DNA of 64,000 bases from Alphaproteobacteria bacterium (GTDB lineage Bacteria; Pseudomonadota; Alphaproteobacteria; UBA828). The notes beneath the pieces are model-generated. The model was not told the origin of the DNA. It saw only the letters and a list, made by a program, of their open reading frames with translations, and made no database searches. Location of the stretch: assembly GCA_965237415.1 (NCBI GenBank), contig CBDEFM010000002.1:2080001-2144000 (forward strand), written 5' to 3'. Positions 9,945-20,249 of the stretch are shown here, piece after piece; position 1 is the first letter of the stretch; each line of letters opens with the position of its first letter. Both the position numbers and the translations under genes were made by a program.

Positions 9945-10976
9945 CTAATCGCCATAGATTGCGATGCTGCGGATGGCGTAGTCGCCGCCGCCATTGACCA
10001 GCGACACGCCGCCGAACGGATCCTCCAAGGCGCTGCTCTTCACCCGGATAAGCTCGGAGCCATCGACCGTCGCGGTCATCGTCCCGTCGCTCTCGCGCAC
10101 GAGAGCGACCGTGTGGCTTTGGCCGTCCTCGAGGGTCAGCGCGTCCTCGTACTCGCCGATCACCTCCGCGCTGCGCCGGCCGAAGCGCGAGAGCAGCAGT
10201 CCGGGATCGTCGCCGGGCAGGTAGGAGAGGCGATAGCCCGCGGCACCGGCTCTGCCCTGAAACAGGTCGATCTCGAATTGCGCGTCCTTGTGCACCATGC
10301 CCGACATGATCTCCAATTCTAGGGCGAAGGCGTTGGGAATTTCGGCCTCCAGGACGATTTCCGCAGGCTCAGGGCCGGCTGGCCCTGTGTCCTCCTTCGT
10401 CTCCTCGCCGCCGCCGCCCAGAAGGTCGCCGAGCTTCTTCCCGCCGCCCAGCAGGTCGCTGAGCTTCTTCTCGCCGCTCAACAGGTCGCCGACGGTGTCC
10501 TTGCCCTTGTCGAACAGCTCACCGGCGTCGTCGAGAAGCTCTTCCTTGGTACCCAGGATGGTATCGAGGGAGAGTCTCAATGTCTCCGTCTCGGCTCCGC
10601 TCAGCGGAATCGTCGTGCGCAGGCCGAGCCTGCGGTCGACCGAGAAGTCGCCGCTCACCACCTCCCAGCGCGGATCGTCCGTGTAGTCGCCGTCGGAAAA
10701 ATCATCGCGGATCAGGGCCTCGCGCGGCGCGGCATCGGCGACGTGGGCCGCGATCTTTTCGCGCAGGTCCTGGAGGAAGCGCGGATCTGCCGCTCGCGCG
10801 TTCTCGGCCTCGTCGATCAGCGCCTCGAGCTCCCGCGCGAGCGCCTCAAGCGCGGCGTCGCCCTCCGCCTCGGCGCCGTCCGAACGCCATTCGGAATAGC
10901 GCGACCCGTCGTCGGCGGCGGCCGGCGCGGCCAGTGCACCGGCGAGAAGGATGGGGACGAGGAGCCTCTGCAGCAT
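9945..10976 (-). CDS. secreted hypothetical protein with beta-rich C-terminus
   Basis: Signal peptide MLQRLLVPILLAGALAAPAAA; DDFSDGD motif; short internal KKLxDLLGG repeats. Confidence 0.7.
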   Translation of the reverse strand: MLQRLLVPILLAGALAAPAAADDGSRYSEWRSDGAEAEGDAALEALARELEALIDEAENARAADPRFLQDLREKIAAHVADAAPREALIRDDFSDGDYTDDPRWEVVSGDFSVDRRLGLRTTIPLSGAETETLRLSLDTILGTKEELLDDAGELFDKGKDTVGDLLSGEKKLSDLLGGGKKLGDLLGGGGEETKEDTGPAGPEPAEIVLEAEIPNAFALELEIMSGMVHKDAQFEIDLFQGRAGAAGYRLSYLPGDDPGLLLSRFGRRSAEVIGEYEDALTLEDGQSHTVALVRESDGTMTATVDGSELIRVKSSALEDPFGGVSLVNGGGDYAIRSIAIYGD

Positions 10977-11153
10977 GGCACGCCTCCAGTCTGGTTGCAT
11001 CGCCTCGATCGCCTGTGATCTAGGCGGAATTTTCGATATTGTCGAGCGGCGGCGATTCCACCCGCCCCAAAATGACGCAATTCATCGGTCATCGTGCTTT
11101 ATACGCTGCCATGGATGGCGTTATAGTTCGGGTGACAGCACGGGAGGCGTCAA

Positions 11154-12071
11154 ATGAAAATATTCAAGGGAACCAAGGTCTCTGCGACCGGGCTTCGCCT
11201 CGCAGCGGTCGTAGGGCTGGCGGCGCTGCTCGGCGCGTGCCACGGCATGGAACTCGAAGGCGTCCAGGGACTCGATCCCCAGGGCTCGGAATTCAACACG
11301 CAGCTTTATGCGGGCTATATCGAGTTGTCGTCGAACGAGCGCGCGGAATACGACTTCCGGGATTCCGACGTCTTCGCGATGAAGGCGGCCGTCGCGGCCA
11401 GGGGCGACGACGTGAGGCCAAGTGCCGTCGAAGATCGCCGGGTCGCGGCGGACAAGGTGGAGGAGCTCTCGAAGGCGAGAGCCAGACTCATGGCGATGCT
11501 GTATGGGGGCGGCAAGAACAAGGCGCCGGTCTCCGCCGCTCGCGCCCAGATCAGCTTCGATTGCTGGATGCAGGAGCAGGAGGAGGGCCATCAGCCAGGC
11601 GACATCGCGGATTGCCGCAACGCCTTCTACGGCTCGGTGGTCGCCGCCGAGGTGGCGATGCGGCCTGCGCCGCCGCCTGCGCCGGAGCCCGCGCCCGCGC
11701 CCGCGCCCGCGCCAGAACCGGAGCCCAGCTACGTGACCTACTACGTGGTGTTCTTCGAGTTCGACAGCTCGGAGCTCTCGAACGCCGCGAAGCAGACGCT
11801 GAACGAGGCTGCGGCAACAGCGCTGGAGATGAGGCCCTACAAAGTCCTCATCCGCGGTCATACCGACCGTGCCGGCCCGGATGCGTACAATCTCAAGCTT
11901 TCGGAGACGCGCGCGCTCTCGGTGGCGAGCTATCTCATCGAGAACGGTGCCGGCCGCTTCGTGATCCACGCGGAGGGCTTGGGCGAGTCGGAGCCGATCG
12001 CGAAGACCAGCGACAATGTGCGTGACGGCCGCAACCGGCGGTCCGAGATCTCGTTGATCGAAGCCGAATAG
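11154..12071 (+). CDS. OmpA-family lipoprotein
   Basis: Lipobox LLGAC, Pro/Ala linker, FEFDSSEL...GHTDRAG...YNLKLSETRA...NRR. Confidence 0.9.
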   Translation: MKIFKGTKVSATGLRLAAVVGLAALLGACHGMELEGVQGLDPQGSEFNTQLYAGYIELSSNERAEYDFRDSDVFAMKAAVAARGDDVRPSAVEDRRVAADKVEELSKARARLMAMLYGGGKNKAPVSAARAQISFDCWMQEQEEGHQPGDIADCRNAFYGSVVAAEVAMRPAPPPAPEPAPAPAPAPEPEPSYVTYYVVFFEFDSSELSNAAKQTLNEAAATALEMRPYKVLIRGHTDRAGPDAYNLKLSETRALSVASYLIENGAGRFVIHAEGLGESEPIAKTSDNVRDGRNRRSEISLIEAE

Positions 12072-12086
12072 GGAGCGGCAGGCTCT

Positions 12087-13142
12087 CTATTCGTCGTAGT
12101 GGTAGGTGCGGGCGACCATTCGTTCGGAGTGGTCGCCCGCCTTTATCGGCTCGTAGCGCCAGGGGTTGCCCGGGCCGACGCAGCCTGGGACCGCCTCGAC
12201 CTCCACCTCGTAATCGACACCGAAGAACTGCACGAGCGAGTAGCGCTTGCTGCCTGAGGTGTTGATGACCCGGTGCATGGTCGAAACGAACGTGTCGTTG
12301 GTCCATTGCTGCATGAGATCGCCGAGATTGACGGCGAAGCTGCCCTCCACCGGCGGCAGGATGAGCCACTCGCCGTCCCGGCTCAGCATCTGCAGCCCTT
12401 CCCGGTCCTGCCAGACGGTGGTGAAGCACTCGTAGTCGGTGTGCGCGCCGAGCCCGATGTGAGCGATGTCGAGGGGCTCCGGCTGCGGCTCGTAGTAGCA
12501 GACGCGAAGCCGGGCCAGCGGCTTGGTGTACTTGGAGGTGAAATACCCCTCCTCAAGATCCAGCGCGTACTCGAAGGCGCGGAAGAGCTGGCGGCCGAGC
12601 TCCAGCTGGCAATCGAAATAGGTGCCGAGCGCCCAGCGGAAGTCGGCAGGCTCCGCCGGCCAGTTGTTGGGGCCGTAGAAGCGAATGCCACGCGCATGGT
12701 CGGGATCGTCCGCCGGCAGGTCATGCGCCATCTCGATGGCCTCCGAGATATCGCTGGAGCCTTCGAGGCTGTGGTCGGCCGTAATCCCGCCCGACGGCAC
12801 ATAGCCCCTGTGATTGGGCCAGTCGAGGTAATGGTTGCGCATCTTCTGCGCGACCGGGAGCGCGAAGAAGCGCTGCATGGCAGCCTGCGCGCGCGCGATC
12901 ACCGCCTGCGGGAACTGATGGTTGACGATGTAGAAGAAGCCGGGGCCCGCGCAGGCTGCGTGGACCGCCCGCGCCATGGTCTTGCGCTCGGCCAGGCTCG
13001 GCGAATAGAGCGCACCGAAGTCGACGATCGGCACCTCGGCGGCAGAGGCGCGCCGCACCGCCGGCGCGTGCATGCCCTCCCTGACTTGAAACGGTGTTCC
13101 TGTGACCATCGCGGGTCCCCCGTCGCCCCTCATTGCTGGCAT
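12087..13142 (-). CDS. isopenicillin N synthase-family 2OG-Fe(II) oxygenase
   Basis: PGFFYIVNH, AHTDY (HxD), NLGDLMQQWTND, STMHRV, RYS; exact start uncertain. Confidence 0.85.
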   Translation of the reverse strand: MPAMRGDGGPAMVTGTPFQVREGMHAPAVRRASAAEVPIVDFGALYSPSLAERKTMARAVHAACAGPGFFYIVNHQFPQAVIARAQAAMQRFFALPVAQKMRNHYLDWPNHRGYVPSGGITADHSLEGSSDISEAIEMAHDLPADDPDHARGIRFYGPNNWPAEPADFRWALGTYFDCQLELGRQLFRAFEYALDLEEGYFTSKYTKPLARLRVCYYEPQPEPLDIAHIGLGAHTDYECFTTVWQDREGLQMLSRDGEWLILPPVEGSFAVNLGDLMQQWTNDTFVSTMHRVINTSGSKRYSLVQFFGVDYEVEVEAVPGCVGPGNPWRYEPIKAGDHSERMVARTYHYDE

Positions 13143-13265
13143 GATAGCGCGAACCGGCTCATCGTGACGGCGAGCCTATAGCGCAATTCGCCTGTCGATT
13201 CCCCATCTGCCGGCCGATCGCGCAGGCCGTCGGCTCACACCTCCATGCAGCATCGTAGGGAGACG

Positions 13266-14090
13266 ATGATGGAGACTTCTCTTCACGGCCGCCGCGCCCT
13301 TATTACCGGGGCGGCGAGCGGCATCGGCGCCGCCATCGCCGAGGCCTTCGCGCGCGAGGGCGCGCACGTGGCGGTCCATGCGCGCAGCGAAGAGCGCGCC
13401 CGGTCGACAGTCGATGCGATCGAGGCGGCGGGAGGCCGGGCCTTTGCCGCCGTCGCCGACCTCCGCGATCGCGCCGCCATCGCGCGGATGTGCGAGGCCG
13501 CCATCGAGCGGCTCGGCGGCCTCGACATCCTGGTCAGCAACGCCGGGGTCTTCATCCGCAAGCCGGTGGCCGAGATGGACCTCGCGAGCTGGGACGGCAT
13601 GGTCGAGACCAACCTCACCGCCCCCTATCTCGCGACTCAGGCCGCGCTGCCGGCACTCCGGGCGTCGGGCGTGGGCGCGTCCGTCATCTTCGTCTCCTCC
13701 ATCGCCGCCGGCGCCCATTCCGCCGGCTGGGGCACCTACGCGATGACCAAGAACGGGCTCAACGCCTTCATGCGCTGCCTCGCGGACGAAGTCGGCGGCG
13801 ACGGTGTCCGCGTCAATTCCATCAGCCCCGGCTGGGTCGAGACCAAGATGGCGCAGGACGCCCACCGCGGCCTCGCCGCCGATCTCGGCATCGGCTACGG
13901 AGACCACTACGCGGCAAACATGCGCGCCAACATGCTTGGCGTGCTGGTGACCACCGACTCCATTGCCGACATGGCGGTGTTCCTCGCGAGCGAGCGCGGC
14001 CGTCACATCACGGCCCAGGAGCTCGCGGTCTGCGGCGGCTGTCTCCCCGGCAGCAGCGCGAATCCGGCGGAGGCCGAGGCGGCCGAATAG
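13266..14090 (+). CDS. short-chain dehydrogenase/reductase
   Basis: TGAASGIG, SNAG, YAMTK, RVNSISPG. Confidence 0.9.
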   Translation: MMETSLHGRRALITGAASGIGAAIAEAFAREGAHVAVHARSEERARSTVDAIEAAGGRAFAAVADLRDRAAIARMCEAAIERLGGLDILVSNAGVFIRKPVAEMDLASWDGMVETNLTAPYLATQAALPALRASGVGASVIFVSSIAAGAHSAGWGTYAMTKNGLNAFMRCLADEVGGDGVRVNSISPGWVETKMAQDAHRGLAADLGIGYGDHYAANMRANMLGVLVTTDSIADMAVFLASERGRHITAQELAVCGGCLPGSSANPAEAEAAE

Positions 14091-14236
14091 GCGCAGCCAG
14101 GGTGCCTCCGTGCGGGTACCGTGCGCATCTGTTGGACCGAAAAAGGTGCATCGGCTATGAGGGGCAGAGCGAAAGGGACACACACCCGCTCCGGACGTGA
14201 ACGCTCCAACGGTCCGGCACGGCAAGGGAGAAACAG

Positions 14237-14881
14237 ATGGAAATTATCGCTGATCCGATCACCGTGAACTGTCGCAAGGTCCTCGCGGGCCTCAAGCTGA
14301 TCGGGGCGGACTACACGCTAACCAAGGTCGACTACTTCAAGGGCGAGCAGAAGAGCCCGGAAGTCGTGGCAATCAATCCGAACGCCGCGATCCCGGTGCT
14401 CCGCGACGGCGATCTGGTCCTCTGGGAGTCGAACGCGATCCTGCAGTACGCCGCCGACCAGGCGGGCAATGCGAGCGCCTATCCCACCGACCTGAAGACC
14501 AGGGCCGACGTGAACCGCTGGCTCCTGTGGGAATGCGGCACCTGGTTCCCGACCTGCTACGTCCATTTGGTCGAGAACTGCGTCAAGCCGCTTCTGGGCG
14601 CCGAGACGGACCAGTCGGTGCTCGACGGTGAGGCGCCGAATTTCCACAAGCTGGCCGGCATCCTCGATGCGCGCCTGGGCGAGAGCGCCTTCCTCTGCGG
14701 CGACGATCCGACCATCGCCGACGTGGCGGTGGCGGCGCCGATGCACCTCCATGCCTGGGCCAAGTTGCCGCTGGAGAACCACGCCAACGTCGTGCGCTGG
14801 ATATCGGAGGGGATTGAGACGACGCCCTGGTGGAAAGCCACGCATGTCGGCGAGGGCTTCACGGCGTCCGAGGCAGCCTGA
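14237..14881 (+). CDS. glutathione S-transferase
   Basis: INPNAAIPVLRDGDLVLWESNAILQY; PTIADV. Confidence 0.9.
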   Translation: MEIIADPITVNCRKVLAGLKLIGADYTLTKVDYFKGEQKSPEVVAINPNAAIPVLRDGDLVLWESNAILQYAADQAGNASAYPTDLKTRADVNRWLLWECGTWFPTCYVHLVENCVKPLLGAETDQSVLDGEAPNFHKLAGILDARLGESAFLCGDDPTIADVAVAAPMHLHAWAKLPLENHANVVRWISEGIETTPWWKATHVGEGFTASEAA

Positions 14882-15076
14882 GCCTGCTGATCGGCCATTC
14901 CGATCGGGAAGGAACCGTCGACCATTGGCGGCGTGCGCGCGGCCTCGAACGAATCCGTCGGTGACGGTCGGCCGGTAACGCTCCCGTAGCCCCCTATCGA
15001 GGCGGGGTCTGGGCCTGCCCATCCTCTCCGACGACACGGCCCTTCCGCACGGGGTACGAGCAAGACGGAGGCATGG

Positions 15077-15844
15077 GTGACCGACAGAGACCTTTCGGGG
15101 CGGGTCGCTCTGGTGACCGGCGGCTCGCGGGGTATCGGCCGCGCGATCTGCCGGCGGCTCGCGAAGGCGGGCGCATGGGTGGCCATCAACCACTCGTCGA
15201 GCGACGCGGCCGCGGCGGAAACGTTGGCCGAGATCGGGGCCGATGGCGGTGAGGGCGGCGTCTACAGGGCCGATGTCTCGTCGTTCGAGGCCACCGATGC
15301 GATGTTCCGAAACATCGAGACCGACCGGGGCCCCGTCGATCTCCTGGTCACCAACGCCGGAATCGCCTCGTTTCGCGACGACGTCGACATGCCCGTCGAC
15401 CTCTGGCGGCGCATCCTGTCGGTGAACCTGGACGGCACGTTTCACTGCGTGTGGCGCGCCAAGGCGGGCATGCTGGCCCAGGGCGACGGGCGGATCGTCT
15501 GCATCTCCTCGATCAACGGTCTGGCGCCGAGCACGATGCGACCGGACAGGCTGATCGCCTACGGCACGTCGAAATCCGCCATCATCGGGTTCTCGCGCAA
15601 CTGCGCTACCGCGTTCGGTCCCGCGATCCGCGTCAACTGCGTCGCGCCGGGTCTGATCGACACGGATATGACAAGCGGAATGAGCGACGAAATGCGCGAG
15701 CGCATCATCGCGAGCACACCCGCAGGCCGGGCGGGTACGCCGGATGACATCGCCGAACTCACCTACTTCCTGCTCAGCGACGCGGCAGGCTTCATCACGG
15801 GCCAGACCTACGTTGCGTCCGGCGGCCTCGTCACACTGCCCTGA
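15077..15844 (+). CDS. short-chain dehydrogenase/reductase (FabG-like)
   Basis: TGGSRGIG, TNAG, YGTSK, RVNCVAPGLIDT. Confidence 0.9.
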   Translation: MTDRDLSGRVALVTGGSRGIGRAICRRLAKAGAWVAINHSSSDAAAAETLAEIGADGGEGGVYRADVSSFEATDAMFRNIETDRGPVDLLVTNAGIASFRDDVDMPVDLWRRILSVNLDGTFHCVWRAKAGMLAQGDGRIVCISSINGLAPSTMRPDRLIAYGTSKSAIIGFSRNCATAFGPAIRVNCVAPGLIDTDMTSGMSDEMRERIIASTPAGRAGTPDDIAELTYFLLSDAAGFITGQTYVASGGLVTLP

Positions 15845-15894
15845 CGCGCTTGGGAGACTTCGAAGACAAGCAATTTGGCGCCCGTCTCGACGCG

Positions 15895-15944
15895 TTCTCC
15901 CTCTCCTCGCCTGAAGGGAGGAGAGGGCCGGGGAGAGGAGGAGG
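15895..15944. repeat. short palindromic intergenic repeat (CCCTCTCC...GGAGAGGG) between convergent genes, possible terminator
   Basis: ttctccctctcctcgcctgaagggaggagagggccggggagagg; a related half copy ggaggagagggccggggtgagg lies at ~6471-6492. Confidence 0.5.
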
Positions 15945-17435
15945 CTACTTGTCGATGTCGCCCATGCACATGTACTTGACCTCCATGAACTCATCGAGGC
16001 CGTAGTGTGAGCCTTCGCGGCCGATACCGGATTGCTTCATGCCCCCGAAGGGCGCCACCTCGGTGGAGATGATCCCGGTGTTGATGCCGACGATGCCGTA
16101 TTCGAGCTGCTCCGCCACCCGCCAGATGCGCCCGATGTCGCGGCTGTAGAAGTAGGCGGCGAGGCCGAACTCGGTATCGTTGGCGAGCTGCACCGCCTCG
16201 TCGTCGGTCTCGAAGCGGAAGAGCGGCGCGAGCGGGCCGAAGGTCTCCTCGCGGGCGACCTTCATCTGAGTGTTCACGTTGGCGATGACGGTGGGCTCGA
16301 AGAAATTGCCGCCAAGCGGGTGGCGCTTGCCGCCCTGGATCACCGTCGCCCCCTTGTCGACCGCGTCCTGGATATGCTCCTCGACCTTGGCGACGGCGGC
16401 TTCGTCGATCAGCGGCCCCTGCTGGGTCTCGCCTTCGAGGCCGGGGCCGACGACCAGCTTGGACGAGGCCTCGGCGAGCCGCTCGGCAAAGGTGTCGTAG
16501 ACGCCGCCCTGCACCAGGAAGCGGTTGGCGCAGACGCAGGTCTGGCCCGTGTTGCGGTACTTGGACGCGATGGCGCCGCTCACGGCGGAGTCCATATCGG
16601 CATCGTCGAAGACGATGAAGGGCGCGTTGCCGCCGAGCTCCATCGAGACCTTCTTCACCGTGTGCGCGCACTGCTCGAGCAGGATCTTTCCCACCTCCGT
16701 CGAGCCGGTGAAGGAAAGCTTGCGCACGATGGGGTTGGCGGTCAGCTCGCCGCCGACATCGCCCGAGGGGCCGGTGATCACGTTGAAGACGCCGGGCGGA
16801 ATGCCGGCACGCTCGCCCAGCTCGCAGAGTGCGAGCGCGGAGAACGGCGTCGCCGTCGCCGGCCGTGCGACCACGGTGCAGCCGGCGGCGAGCGCGGGCC
16901 CCGCCTTGCGCGTGATCATGGCGTTCGGGAAGTTCCACGGCGTGATCATGGCGACGACGCCGACCGGCTCCTTGGTGACGACGATGCGCCGGTCGCTGAG
17001 GTGCGGCGGAATGACATCGCCGTAGGCGCGCTTGCCCTCCTCGGCGAACCACTCGATGAAGGAGCCGCCATAGCCGATCTCGCCCCGCGATTCCGCCATC
17101 GGCTTCCCCTGCTCGGCGGTCATGATAATGGCGAGGTCCTCCTGGTTCGCCATCATCAGGTCGTACCACTTGCGGAGGATCTGGGCGCGCTCCTTGGCGG
17201 TCTTGGCGCGCCAGGCGGGGAAGGCCCGGTTCGCCGCCTCGATCGCGGCGCGGGTCTCGGCGGCGGAGAACGCCGGCACGGTACCGATCACCTGGCCATC
17301 CGCCGGGTTCACCACGCCGGTGGTCCCGCCGGACTTCGCGTCGAGCCAGTGGCCGTCCACATAGCATTGCTGGCGGAACAGCGTCTGGTCCTGGAGGAAG
17401 ACGCCCTTCACGATCTCGGCGGCGGCAGTGCTCAT
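15945..17435 (-). CDS. gabD: NAD(P)-dependent succinate-semialdehyde dehydrogenase
   Basis: ITPWNFPNAMITRK, SFTGSTEVG, MELGGNAP, RNTGQTCVCAN, EETFGP, GIGREGS. Confidence 0.92.
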   Translation of the reverse strand: MSTAAAEIVKGVFLQDQTLFRQQCYVDGHWLDAKSGGTTGVVNPADGQVIGTVPAFSAAETRAAIEAANRAFPAWRAKTAKERAQILRKWYDLMMANQEDLAIIMTAEQGKPMAESRGEIGYGGSFIEWFAEEGKRAYGDVIPPHLSDRRIVVTKEPVGVVAMITPWNFPNAMITRKAGPALAAGCTVVARPATATPFSALALCELGERAGIPPGVFNVITGPSGDVGGELTANPIVRKLSFTGSTEVGKILLEQCAHTVKKVSMELGGNAPFIVFDDADMDSAVSGAIASKYRNTGQTCVCANRFLVQGGVYDTFAERLAEASSKLVVGPGLEGETQQGPLIDEAAVAKVEEHIQDAVDKGATVIQGGKRHPLGGNFFEPTVIANVNTQMKVAREETFGPLAPLFRFETDDEAVQLANDTEFGLAAYFYSRDIGRIWRVAEQLEYGIVGINTGIISTEVAPFGGMKQSGIGREGSHYGLDEFMEVKYMCMGDIDK

Positions 17436-17532
17436 GGTGCGGTGTCCCTTCGGTCGGCGGATGAATTGCGGAGGAGGCCGCGCAGTATCGCCGATCGGGC
17501 GCGGGACCGGCAAGGCGCCCCCTGCGTCACAG

Positions 17533-17630
17533 GCGCCCGCGACCCTGCTGGCGCGGACTCATCGGTATGCGCCCGCGACCTTTCAGGCGCGGACTCATTG
17601 GTATGCGCCCGCGACCTTTCTGGCGCGGAC
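17533..17630. repeat. 36-bp tandem repeat (~2.7 copies) containing a dispersed palindromic motif
   Basis: Units GCGCCCGCGACCYTKCWGGCGCGGACTCATYGGTAT start at 17533, 17569, 17605; the 22-bp core recurs inverted at 426-447 (1 mismatch to unit 2). Confidence 0.85.
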
Positions 17631-17652
17631 GACTGCCGTGCTAGGGTGGGCC

Positions 17653-18318
17653 ATGCGCGACTGGGGAGGGGCGCGGGGCAGGCGCCTCGCCCGCCGGGAG
17701 TTCTGTGCGGCGGGAGCGGCGGCCCTCCTCGGCCTTGCAGCCTCTCCCGGCGCGGCCGGGGCCCGGAGCTTTCTGGAAGACGCAGAGCGCCGTGTGCCGA
17801 TCCGCAACCTGTGGACGGGCGAGAGGCGCGATCTGGTCTACTGGCGCGACGGCGATTACGACCGTCATGCGCTGGACGCCTACAGCCACCTGCTGCGCGA
17901 CCGGCGCAACGGCGAGGTCGAGCCGATCTTCTACGGTGTGCTCGATCAGCTCTTCTTCCTGTGGAAGGCGCTGGGCAGACCGGCGCGGATCGACCTCGTC
18001 TCGGGCTACCGCTCGGCCGGGACGAACGCGTGGCTCAGCGCCACCACCGAGGGCGTCGCCCGCAACTCGCTGCACACGATCGGCATGGCGGTGGATATCA
18101 GGGTGCCCGGCCTCGCGACCGAGGCGGTCTGGCGCCAGGCCGTCGATCTGCGGCGGGGCGGCGTCGGCCTCTACCGGGGATCGGACTTCGTCCACCTAGA
18201 CGTGGGCCCCGTGCGAAGCTGGGTCTTTCAGGAAGGAGTACCGCCTCGTCCGCCGGCCTCACGAATGGTGGTGCTTCCGCCTCAGCGTCCCGATCATCTC
18301 CGCCGTCATGGTGGCTAG
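17653..18318 (+). CDS. YcbK/DUF882 (peptidase M15) family protein, Tat-exported
   Basis: ARREFC Tat-like signal, LLRDRR, VSGYRS, SLHTIGMAVDI, GGVGLY, FVHLDVGPVRSW. Confidence 0.85.
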   Translation: MRDWGGARGRRLARREFCAAGAAALLGLAASPGAAGARSFLEDAERRVPIRNLWTGERRDLVYWRDGDYDRHALDAYSHLLRDRRNGEVEPIFYGVLDQLFFLWKALGRPARIDLVSGYRSAGTNAWLSATTEGVARNSLHTIGMAVDIRVPGLATEAVWRQAVDLRRGGVGLYRGSDFVHLDVGPVRSWVFQEGVPPRPPASRMVVLPPQRPDHLRRHGG

Positions 18319-19215
18319 GTCGTAGCGGGGCTGCCAGCCCCACTCGGCGCGGGCGGCGCTGTCGTCCATCGAATCCGGCCAAGAATCGGCGATCGCCTGG
18401 CGCAGCGGGTCGACCTCGTAGTCGATCTCGAAGCCCGGCACATGGCGGCGGATCTCGGCAGCAAGCTCGTCCGGCGTGAAGCTCATGGCGGTCACGTTGA
18501 AGGCGTTGCGATGGCGGAGCCGGCTCGGATCGGCGTCCATCAGGTCGAGGATCGCCGTGACGGCATCGGGCATGTACATCATGTCGAGGCGGGAATCGGG
18601 GCGCAGGAAGCAGGTGTAGCGCCCCTCGCTGAGCGCCTCGTAGAAGATATGGACGGCATAGTCGGTGGTGCCGCCGCCCGGCAGCGCCACGTGCGAGATC
18701 AGCCCAGGCAGCCTGAGGCCCCGCGTGTCGAGCCCGAAGCGCGTGTGGTAGTAGTCGCCCAAGAGCTCGCCCGCGACCTTGGAGACGCCATAGATCGTGT
18801 TCGGCCGCTGGATCGTGTCCTGCGGCGTGTTCTGCAGCGGCGTGCCCGGCCCGAAGGCGCCGATGGAGCTCGGGAAGAACACCTTGCAGCCGTGGCGGCG
18901 CGCCACCTCCAGCGCATTGGCGTAGCCCCCGAGATTAAGCGCCCAGGCGTCCTCCGGCCGCTCCTCGCCGAGCACCGAGAGGAACGCCGGCATGTGGTAG
19001 ATGGTACCGATCTCGTATTTCTCCACGACTGCGGCGATGTCGCCTGGCTTGGTGCAGTCGACGATTTCGAACGGTCCGCCGTCGACAACCGTTGCCACAT
19101 CCCGCCGCCGCCAACCCGAGGCGATGACGTTGTCGGTGCCGTGGCGCTCCCTGAGCTCCGGTACCAGTTCGGCGCCGATCTGCCCGAGCGCGCCGGTGAC
19201 GAGGATCTTGCTCAT
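18259..19215 (-). CDS. L-threonine 3-dehydrogenase (SDR/epimerase type)
   Basis: ILVTGALGQIG, PSSIGAFG, YGVSKVAGEL, PGGGTTDYAV, MMYMPD. Confidence 0.85.
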   Translation of the reverse strand: MSKILVTGALGQIGAELVPELRERHGTDNVIASGWRRRDVATVVDGGPFEIVDCTKPGDIAAVVEKYEIGTIYHMPAFLSVLGEERPEDAWALNLGGYANALEVARRHGCKVFFPSSIGAFGPGTPLQNTPQDTIQRPNTIYGVSKVAGELLGDYYHTRFGLDTRGLRLPGLISHVALPGGGTTDYAVHIFYEALSEGRYTCFLRPDSRLDMMYMPDAVTAILDLMDADPSRLRHRNAFNVTAMSFTPDELAAEIRRHVPGFEIDYEVDPLRQAIADSWPDSMDDSAARAEWGWQPRYDLATMTAEMIGTLRRKHHHS

Positions 19216-19259
19216 CGGGAGAGGCTATCCCGGATTTCGCGCCACTGTCACGGCCAGCG

Positions 19260-20249
19260 TCAGGAGCTCTGCAGGCGGAAGAGCAGCAGGAGCGTGCGCT
19301 GGAAGAAGTTGAAGTTGTCGTCCGAGAGGATGTAGACGAGCGTCTCGCCGTCTTCGCCCTGCACCGCCGCCACGCCCTCGAAATTGTCCACCGTCAACGG
19401 GCGCTCGAAGCGCGCCACGAGCGCGCCCTGCAGCACGGCACCGGCTCCGATCGCGCCGGCGGGAACGCGCTCGAGACGCCCCCTGGTTCCGCCCAGCACG
19501 CTGAAATGGCGCGAAAGGACGAGCACGTCGCCGTTCGGCAGCGCCGCGGCATCCGTCGGCAGGAATTTTGGCGCGGTGCGGTAGCCCAAGGCCTCGACCC
19601 CGCCGTCGCCGATGAGCCAGCCGGCGCGCGCGCCGTCCTCCCGCTTGAGGCCCTGCGCCAGCATCAGGATGCGCCCGTCGGGAAGCTGGGTCAGCGCCTC
19701 CAGCCCTCCGTTGGCGGGGGCGCGCTTCATGGCCCTCGGTGTCTGGAAGGGTGCGGGCCGGCCCTGCAAGCCCCCCGACTCTGCCGGGTAGCGCCACACG
19801 CGGTGGCGCCGCTCGAAGCTCACGAGCCAGTCGCCGCCGGCCAAGCGCTCCAGCGCCTCGGCATCGCGCCACTCCGCCTCCACCGGCCGGCCCTCGGGGT
19901 CCCTGAGCGGCCCGAGTGCGGCATCGGCGAGCCCCACGAGGCGGCCGGCGGCGTCGCGCACGATGCGGGCGGTGAACCAGTGGCCTCGGTCGGTGACGGC
20001 GGCTAGCCGCCCATCGGCCGTGACACTGAGACCCGACAGCCCGCCGAACGCCGGCTCGTCGCTTCGAAGATCCAGCCCGCCGAGGAACTGCAGGTCGCCG
20101 ACACGGTGCCGGGCGCGGTCTGTCGGATCGAGGGCGATCTGACTCGTGGAAAGCGGGATGGAGGCGCCGAGCGCCGCGCCGGACGCGAGTGCCACCCCGC
20201 ACACGAGGACGGTAGCGACAACTGCGCGTGCCAGCGAACGGCCGCTCAT
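19260..20249 (-). CDS. secreted esterase-like-activity-of-phytase family protein
   Basis: Signal peptide, FGGLSGL, VTDRG, DAEAL, NGGLEAL, DNFEG, ILSDDNF...QRTLL; start at MSGRSL overlaps the MFS stop. Confidence 0.85.
   Translation of the reverse strand: MSGRSLARAVVATVLVCGVALASGAALGASIPLSTSQIALDPTDRARHRVGDLQFLGGLDLRSDEPAFGGLSGLSVTADGRLAAVTDRGHWFTARIVRDAAGRLVGLADAALGPLRDPEGRPVEAEWRDAEALERLAGGDWLVSFERRHRVWRYPAESGGLQGRPAPFQTPRAMKRAPANGGLEALTQLPDGRILMLAQGLKREDGARAGWLIGDGGVEALGYRTAPKFLPTDAAALPNGDVLVLSRHFSVLGGTRGRLERVPAGAIGAGAVLQGALVARFERPLTVDNFEGVAAVQGEDGETLVYILSDDNFNFFQRTLLLLFRLQSS

Noticed and set aside
17533-17630. CRISPR array (36-bp units)
   Set aside because: Units are contiguous with no unique spacers, and there are no cas genes in the window.
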